This document shows, piece by piece, positions 54,288 to 64,000 of a stretch of 64,000 bases of DNA (its first letter is position 1; every line of letters begins with the position of its first letter). The notes beneath the pieces are model-generated. The model did no database searches and had not been told where the DNA came from. It worked only from the letters and a program-made list of their open reading frames with translations. This DNA comes from Eledone cirrhosa (taxonomy: Eukaryota). The DNA lies in assembly GCA_964016885.1 (NCBI GenBank), contig OZ024747.1:34658001-34722000 (forward strand), given 5' to 3'. A program made the translations under genes and the position numbers.

Positions 54288-55250
54288 ATATATATATACA
54301 TATAGTGTAACGAAGACCAGAAAACCATACTCCATAATATTGAACCAAGTGATTGATTTGTGCTACCAAAATAACACCACACACATATTGGGTCGGCAAT
54401 GAACTAGGAATACTGGATCATCCGTCAATGTCTGGGTGAGCAAAAATAGATTTCTATCTGCATTGAAATTTACGAACTTGGGCATCTGCTGTGGGGTCAA
54501 ACACAAACGCACACGACCGCACAGATGAGCAATGTACTATGCCACGTGGCTTGAACTTGCAAGTGAATTGAAGGTTGTGTAACTCTGATATACAGATTAT
54601 TTATTATTAAGATGTATAAACTTGACATAACTATTATCATCTTATATTCTCTCAACTAATCACATTTGATTATATTTCTCTATCCCGTTTTCTACCCCCA
54701 TATTTATAATATTTTTATTTGACAAAATCGGTTTATTTACATTGTGTTTTTCCCTTCTAATACTTGCTTATATTTTTTTATATATTCTCTATATACTTTT
54801 TATATATATATTTTTTTTATCTTTATTCTTATTTTCACTATTATCCTCCTTCATATTTTACCTTATTCTTACTTTTATACCTTATTATAGTGTAATCTTC
54901 CCCATGCCTTATACATTATTAATTACAGATTATTATTATTACTCTTATTCCATTTCTAATTACCTCATGTACTTTCTCCTCCGTTATATATATATTGTAT
55001 GCCCTTTGTGTGTGTGTAGCCTCTGCACACCCTCTGCACCCTACTATCGACACCACCCATCTATGGCTCCACTAACCACTCGACTCCCGGGAATAAATAT
55101 GACCACAGCTAGTAAACAAGGACCCACACCCCACCCTCCCGCACCAAAATTAGACTTATCGTCCCCTGCTTTTGCTCTTTACTCTCTTTACTCTTTGTTC
55201 TTGAATGTTTGGTTGCTAGAGTCCATAACACCAATCAAACCCCTTTTATA

Positions 55251-55295
55251 GCTCTGAAGAAACCTACGGTTACGTAAGGAAGAAACATTGTAAGC
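55251..55295 (+). ncRNA. Type I hammerhead motif at the 3' end of a probable PLE remnant (about 54305-55340)
   Basis: GCT-CTGAAGA-aa-CCTACG gtta CGTAAGG-aa-GAAA-CATTG-TA-AGC then AATAAA and (CA)n(TA)n. Confidence 0.6.
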
Positions 55296-55339
55296 CAATA
55301 AAAATCTTTTGATGTTGTAGACGCTCTTGTGTTCTTTAT

Positions 55340-57164
<1,825 letters not shown>

Positions 57165-57165
<1 letters not shown>

Positions 57166-57325
57166 TGGTCAGATGCCATGCTTTGCAGCACAGTTACGTC
57201 CCTTTACGAAATGAGTTCAAATCCCGCCGAGGTGGACTTTGCCTTTCATCCTTACGAGATCGATGAAATAAAGTACCAGTAATGCACTGGGTAATTGCTG
57301 ACCTTGAGCCTAAAGTAGAAACACT
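57165..57325 (+). mobile_element. SINE of the 10679 family, 5'-truncated
   Basis: B box GAGTTCAAATCC, core and tail. Confidence 0.85.
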
Positions 57326-57327
57326 TA

Positions 57328-58677
57328 TCTATAAAAGGCACATTTTTGTTGTTGTTGTGTGTGTGTGTGTGCATGTTCCATGTTTCTACATTTGCACAAT
57401 TTCAAACTGATTCGACTCAAAGTCTGTAAGATTATTGTAAATAGTCTACCTATATCACCGACTATTTATTTCATTCAAACTCACCCACAATTATGGAAAT
57501 GATTGATAAAACTAAATACTTAACGAGAAGAGAATATTTGTTTTTGAGTGTGGAACGGTCAAACAATTATTTACTTCAATGACAAAGAGAACTTATTACA
57601 TTTCATACGAAACAACAATTATTCAAAAGCAACAGATAAATTTATTCAACAATAACAAAAATAGCGATAAATCTTTTTAAAAACATCTAACAACGAACGT
57701 GGAAGAAAGAAGTATCAGTTCATTTATTATACACAATAATATACTCTATGAGGTCACTAAACCTGCTAGAAACGGCAGCTAACTTTCCCCCATATCACAC
57801 CCCTACCTACTGTCTTAAATTTAGAAAACATATCCTCTATGAGGTCACTAAACCTGGTAGAAACAGCAGCTAATTCTCCCCCCTATCACACCACTCCCTA
57901 CTGGCATAAATTCAGATAACATATCCTCTATGAGGTCACTAAACCTGCTAGAAACAGCAGCTAACTCTCCACCATATCACACCCCTCCCTACTGTCTTAA
58001 ATTTAGAAAATACATATCCTCTATCAGGTAACTAAACCTGCTAGAAACAGCAGCTAACTCCTCCCAATATCACACCGCTCCCTACTGTCATAAATTTAGA
58101 AAAGAAATCCTCTATGAGGTCACTAAATCTGGTAGAAACAGCAGCTAATTCTCCCCCCTATCACACCACTCCCTACTGGCATAAATTCAGAAAACATATC
58201 CTCTATGAGATCACTAAACCTGCTAGAAACAGCAGCTAACTCTCCACCATATCACACCACTCCCTACTGTCTTAAATTTAGAAAATACATATCCTCTATG
58301 AGGTCACTAAACCCGCTAGAAACAGCAGCTAACTATCCCCCATATCACACCCCTCCCTACTGTCTTAAATTTAGAAAACACACATTAGACAACTATGCAG
58401 AACAACTCCACCGCAGCTCTGTTGTTCGGCTTGCATCGTCTACGCGCGTGTTGCGCAAGAACTGTGAAATAATACATTTCAACACTCCTTTACACAGAGA
58501 TAATATCCATAGGCGAAACTACAATTGTCACTGCTGGCGCAGCTCCTGCTTCCGCAATCCAGGTCTGCAATTCATTCACCCAGTGCCTGACAGACAAAAA
58601 AGTAGTGCCATAAAATGGGTGGTGGAACCTAACTTTGGTAACTTACTGTCCCCGAGCAACGCCGGGTTTTAATGCTA

Positions 58678-58678
<1 letters not shown>
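57328..58678 (+). mobile_element. Putative non-autonomous Helitron
   Basis: A|TCTATAAAAG 5' end followed by (GT)n; 3' hairpin CCCGAGCAACGCCGGG 8 nt before CTAG|T; no TSD. Confidence 0.6.
57744..58382 (+). repeat. Seven-copy ~91-93 bp tandem repeat
   Basis: CTCTATGAGGTCACTAAACCTGCTAGAAACAGCAGCTAAC.. recurs near 57744, 57835, 57926, 58018, 58110, 58200 and 58293. Confidence 0.95.
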
Positions 58679-58714
<36 letters not shown>

Positions 58715-58810
58715 TATACATACAAATGTATATATATATATATATATATATAGATATTTAAGTATACATACAAATGTATATATATATATATATATGTATA
58801 TTCATATATT

Positions 58811-58842
<32 letters not shown>

Positions 58843-59007
58843 CATTTGTATGTATACTTAAATATCTAGTATAAAGTGAGGTTTTTCTTACAAAATGAAA
58901 AATAACCGAGGTGTCCTACACGAGTGAAAGTATAAAGAAAAAGAGATGAAATCGAAAATGCAACTGGAGTCTTATTTTTTTTTTTAAATATATATATTTA
59001 TTTGGTT

Positions 59008-59045
59008 CTTTTACCGGTTTCGCAGTTCTTCTGCTTTTCAAAAGG
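59008..59045 (-). ncRNA. Degenerate hammerhead motif
   Basis: Minus strand CCTT-TTGAAAA (two changes from CTGAAGA)-GCAG aagaa CTGC-GAAA-CCGG-TA-AAAG then AATAAA. Confidence 0.5.
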
Positions 59046-59811
59046 TGAGTTGAGATGGAGGGTCTGTGGTTTTTCTCACATCTGGTTGGTCTCTGAATGT
59101 TACTTGTTTTATATGGAAAAAGTGGCTCGAAATGCCAGGTTTTTCGAGAAGTAATTTGATTGGTTTGTCAATAATTATAATAAATTTCGCGCCAGTTCGC
59201 GTTACAATAGTTCTTCAAATAAGAGGGGGGAACCTGTGGCAACCCCCCTCTTATAAGGGTTTAATAATATGCGCGAAAAAATAATTTATTAATATGTATT
59301 ATTAAAATTAAAATATTAATGATATTAAGGATATAATGTGAAAGAAGGATAGAATAAATGAATTAAAAACTTATAGGAATTAGTTAGGGTTTAAGTTTGT
59401 TTTTATGTATTGTAATATGTACAAGTAAATAATAGGTTTAATACGAGCATGGAAGGAGAGAAGAAAAAAGAAAATTTAAGGAAGAAACAATATCTAACGT
59501 CAAAAAGTATATATGTTTACACATTTTTCTAATGTTAATATTATTATATATTAAAAAAATATAGATTCTATGACCAATAATATGAGGAAAAATGGAAAAA
59601 TGGAAAATGCTATAGTGAATAATAATATGAATTAAGAAGTAATTGGGAAGTAAAAGTCACAGATGAAAGATTATAAATTAAAAAAGAAAAAAGGAAAGAA
59701 AAGAAAAAGGATAAACAGAAGAAAAATAGTGGAACTCTAACGACATAGAATGAGTAAATTGTATAATATAATATACTGAAATAAGGTAGAAAGATGAGTA
59801 TATTTGTAATA

Positions 59812-60941
59812 ACAACGTCAAACTAGCTAACTTCCTGGATATATCCCTTAATCTTGACACTGCCCTTACCATAAAGACAATGAGAATCTAAATTATGTTA
59901 ATTTTAAATCTAACCACCCCACTAACGTTAAAAATGCTATAGTCAGTAATATTGAAAAAAGAATCTCAAAGCTATCCTCTAATAAATTATCTTCGACGCT
60001 AAAGCCAGTAAAATAGTTAATTATGAACATTCCAATAACTTAAATAAAAGACCTAGATACAAAATATGATTAGGTATAATGCTCCATTTTCTCTATCTAT
60101 TACTAGTAATATTCCTAAACTATACTTTAGGGCCTTAGATAAATGCTTCCCTCACTCGCATATCTATAGTAAAATCTTTAACAAAAATACAATCAAATTC
60201 TCTTATTCCACCACTTTCAACATCTCTAACATTATCTCTAAACACAATAATAAAATATTAAATAATAAATGATATCCATCCAGCACTGAGCGTCATAATA
60301 ATAGCAATAGTATACCCGACGTCAATGTTAACTCTAGGCTAGATTCACTAAATTTAAATACGACGCCAAACGTAACTTCGTTGAATGTTCATAACACCAA
60401 TCTAAATCAGGAAACTATAGTTCCTAATGTAAATAACTTCTCCAATCCAATTCCTTCTATAAATAATACAAGGTCACTTGTTAATAACTCTGTTACTTTC
60501 TCTAATCGTAATTGTAATTGCCCTGTTAGAACTAAATGTCCTCTTAAGAACCAATGTCTTGATACAAACTTAGTGTATGAATGTAAGGTTATAACTGGTA
60601 CTAATTCTTTTACCTATTTCGGTTCCACTTCCCCTTCCTTTAAAGCAAGATGTTATAATCACAAATCGTCTTTTAAATACCAACTTAAAAGAACTAACAC
60701 TGCACTCTCGGAACTCATATGGTCCTTAAAAGACAAAAATATTAACTATAACATCTCTTGGAGAAAGGTTTGCAACGCCTTTCCTTACCGGAATTCTTCC
60801 CTATCCAGAACATGTAATCTCTGCCTAGCCGAGATATTTACCATTATATCTAATTTTAATTCTATAATAAATAGACGCACGGATTTATTCTCGCTCTGCT
60901 AGCATAAATCCCATAGAACTTTCCGTAAAGTATACAGCTAA
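59812..60941 (+). pseudogene. PLE RT C-terminus + GIY-YIG endonuclease, disrupted
   Basis: NFLDISLNL, YVNFKSNHP, IFNKNTIKFSYS, CNC..CPLKNQCL..VYEC..YFGST..FKAR..NH, CNLCLAE. Confidence 0.88.
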
Positions 60942-61839
60942 TATCTCAATACATAATTAGTTTAAAATCTTCTTTTCTCAAAGGCTTATATATCTATTAC
61001 AAATATCTTTCTACCTTATTTCCGTATATTATATTATACAATTTACTCATTCTATGTCGTTAGAGGTCCCCTATCTTTCTTCTCTTTAAACTTTTTCCTT
61101 TCTTTCCTTTTTTCTTTTTTAATGTTCTAATCTTTAATCTGTAACTTTTATTTCCCAATTACTTCTTAATTCATATTATTACTCACTATAGCATTTTCCA
61201 CTTTTCCATTTTTCCTCATATTATTAGCCAAAGAAACTATATTTTTTTAATATATAATAATATTACCATTAGAAAGATTTGTAAACATATATACTTTTTG
61301 ACGTTAGATATTTTGTCTTCCTTAAATTTTCTTTTATCTTCCCTCCTTCCGTGCTCGTATTAAACCTATTATTTACTTTTACATATTACAATACATAAAA
61401 ACAAACTTAAACGCTAACTAATTCCTATAAGTTCTTAATTCATTTATCCTCTCCTTCTTTCACATTATATCCTTAATATCCTGAATATTTTTATTTTAAT
61501 AATACATATTAATAAATTCTTTTTTTTTCGCACATATTATTAAATCCTTCAATATATGAACCTTAAATAAATACTATTCTTAATTCCTTTTTCTTTAATC
61601 ATAAAAATCACCATCCATAAACCTCATTAACTTTTAATTTCGAAATCTTTTAAAATTATCTATTATCTTTCAACGTTTATTAATTTCTCTCTGTGATGCA
61701 ATGTTTTCTCAGTTGTAAAGGCTATTTCTCTCTCTCTATCACTAATTTCTCCTCGTCTCTCATCCTTCCTTCTTATACTCCTCATCCGTCATCCTTTATT
61801 TTCTTTCTTCCTCTTCCTAAAACTCACATCCTACATTAT

Positions 61840-61934
<95 letters not shown>

Positions 61935-62100
61935 TAGTATATTTACCAAAATATGCGTACATATGTACACTAATGCTAGCAAATACACAAGTTATGGCAT
62001 AGTACCTAGCTGGTTCAATGCAGGAGGATGCAGAAGAATTATATGAAAGACGTAAAATAAGAACATTTTAAAAATTTTAAATTAATTTACTAAAATTTTC

Positions 62101-62182
62101 ACTCCAACTAATTAGTTTCTGTAATGGGATAAAGATAGTTACTCAATGTAACCATCGAGAATTCATTACGTCATCAGAGAGT
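62101..62182 (-). ncRNA. Type I hammerhead ribozyme motif
   Basis: Reverse complement copy of 62788-62869. Confidence 0.75.
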
Positions 62183-62787
62183 CTATTCTCAGCTAAGTCT
62201 CCAGGCAATGCGCGGACACTAGGGACTCATATAAAAATAATAATTCGGTGGATGGAACAGCAAGCGGGGACTGAATTCCATAGCACTGAAAAAGTTCACT
62301 GTCTCTGGTCAAGTGGCAAATTCTAAAGAATCAATCACGTGACACTGAGGCTAGTCAGAAGGAGTGGGATGGTATAAAGACAAGAGCTTACTATTACTAC
62401 AATGACTTCCTCCTGCATTGAACCACCTAGGTACTATGACATAACTTGTGTATTTGCTAGCAGTAGTGTACATATGTACGCATATGTTGGTAAATATACT
62501 AATTCTCTATATTTATCTCCCAATTATTTATTTTTTGAGCAAACTTGCCAAATCCACTACTAAGTCATTGTAGTAGTAGTAAGCTCTTGTCATTATATCA
62601 TGCCACTCCTTCTGACTAGCCTCAGTGTCACGTGATTGATTCTTTAGAATTTGCCACTTGACCAGAGACAGTGAACTTTTTCAGTGCTATGGAATTCAGT
62701 CCCCGCTTGCTGTTCCATCCACCGAATTATTATTTTTATATGAGTCCCTAGTGTCCGCGCATTGCCTGGAGACTTAGCTGAGAATAG

Positions 62788-62869
62788 ACTCCCTGATGAC
62801 GTAATGAATTCTCGATGGTTACATTGCGTAACTATCTTTATCCCATTACAGAAACTAATTAGTTGGAGT
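62788..62869 (+). ncRNA. Type I hammerhead ribozyme motif
   Basis: ACTCC-CTGATGA-c-GTAATG..CATTAC-a-GAAA-CTAATTAG (palindrome)-TT-GGAGT. Confidence 0.78.
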
Positions 62870-62925
62870 GAAAATTTTAGTAAGTAAGTTAACTTTTAAT
62901 TTTTAATATTTTCTTATTTTACGTC

Positions 62926-63079
<154 letters not shown>

Positions 63080-63145
63080 GTATATATATAGAGAGAGATA
63101 GAGAGAGAGAGGGAGAGAGAGTGAGGGGAAGAGAGAGAGAGAGAG

Positions 63146-63212
<67 letters not shown>

Positions 63213-63235
63213 AATATATATATGTATATATATAT

Positions 63236-64000
63236 TGTTATACTTAGGGAGGGTATTATTCGTATAATAATATTGTTGGAATTAATAACAGAACACACTC
63301 ACTGTTTGCTTGGCTTTCGCTTCTGTGTCTTTTATATCAATTAATTTAATTTATTCGGACCTCAATGTTACCATTGACTGACCAACGGTAAAAAATACAA
63401 ATATAACATAAACACAAACACATATATATAGTCTAACAAAGTTCTTTCGTTGCACATCTGCAACATCGTCAGTGGTGCTGTTAGGTTTCCTCCAGTTGTA
63501 TTGTATGCCTATGTCATCTTTATTTAGTCTGTTTATTTATTTATTTATTTTGTCTCCTCTGCGCATGCGTTTGCGTGTGCGTATAGTGTTTTAAGTGTGT
63601 TCGTGTTTGGGTGACTGTGTATTGGTTATTGTATTATATCTTAGTTTACTAGTGTGTGTTTATATGTGTTTGTTGTTATTGTGCTTGTGTATGTATTTAT
63701 TTATTTATTTATACTTCTCTTAGGTCAGTGTTGTTTGTTTGGGTGTTGTTGTTATTCCATTCATTTTTTTCTGTTTAGCCTTGGCCTTCTAAGTTCTATT
63801 TCGCTGGCCTCTCGGATTTGCCTACCTGCTGGGTCATTTCTATGTTTAGATATTATTCTAATGTCTATGTTGTCTATGTTACCGTCGTTTTCTTGTCTGG
63901 CTTGTTCGTATAGTACTGAACCGTTTTTTCGTCCTTTTAGTTCTCCCCTGTGTTGGTCTATCCTTTCACCTATGCTACGAGCTGTCTCGCCTATGTATGT
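63236..64000 (-). mobile_element. PLE 3' end (GIY-YIG C-terminus + 3' UTR), runs off the window
   Basis: Minus strand TYIGETARSIGERIDQH..RQIREASEI..PRLNRK; related to 55649-57165. Confidence 0.85.
63435..63476 (-). ncRNA. Minimal hammerhead motif with weak stem I
   Basis: Minus strand ACCA-CTGACGA-t-GTTGCA gatg TGCAAC-GAAA-GAAC-TT-TGTT; equivalent position to 55787-55831. Confidence 0.55.

Larger units (their letters stand above)
58880..61850. mobile_element. Truncated Penelope-like element with inverted ~560 bp arms between (TA)n tracts
   Basis: About 59254-59811 is the reverse complement of about 60995-61549; RT thumb, linker and GIY-YIG lie between on the plus strand. Confidence 0.85.

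Noticed and set aside
57744-58382. Regularly spaced repeats resembling a CRISPR array
   Set aside because: Whole units repeat with no unique spacers, the context is eukaryotic, and there are no cas genes
60895-60941. In-frame TAG within the conserved C-x-HK motif as possible recoding
   Set aside because: The element has other stops and frameshifts, and the related fragment near 5790 has CRHK, so this is ordinary decay

Overview
This is an AT-rich, microsatellite-dense animal genomic window, probably a coleoid cephalopod such as Octopus (inferred from repeat content only). No host gene is recognisable and almost all of it is retroelement-derived. It holds decayed R4/Dong-like RT+RLE LINEs in (AAT)n tracts, Tx1/L1-like APE-RT LINEs, many tRNA-derived SINEs, Helitron ends and several Penelope-like elements (PLEs; RT plus GIY-YIG). 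The main signal is non-coding. At least a dozen sequence-unrelated small elements, most flanked by or adjacent to (TA)n tracts, each carry a type I hammerhead ribozyme motif (stem I, CTGANGA, stem II, GAAA, short and often palindromic helix III, UH, stem I'), giving about 24 motif copies. Most of these elements are fold-back inverted repeats with an asymmetric tail. One is a tandem array with two intact hammerheads 548 nt apart, and another is circularly permuted. Both fit retrozyme-like circular RNA intermediates mobilised by PLE proteins. All folds were read by eye and coordinates of decayed elements are approximate.
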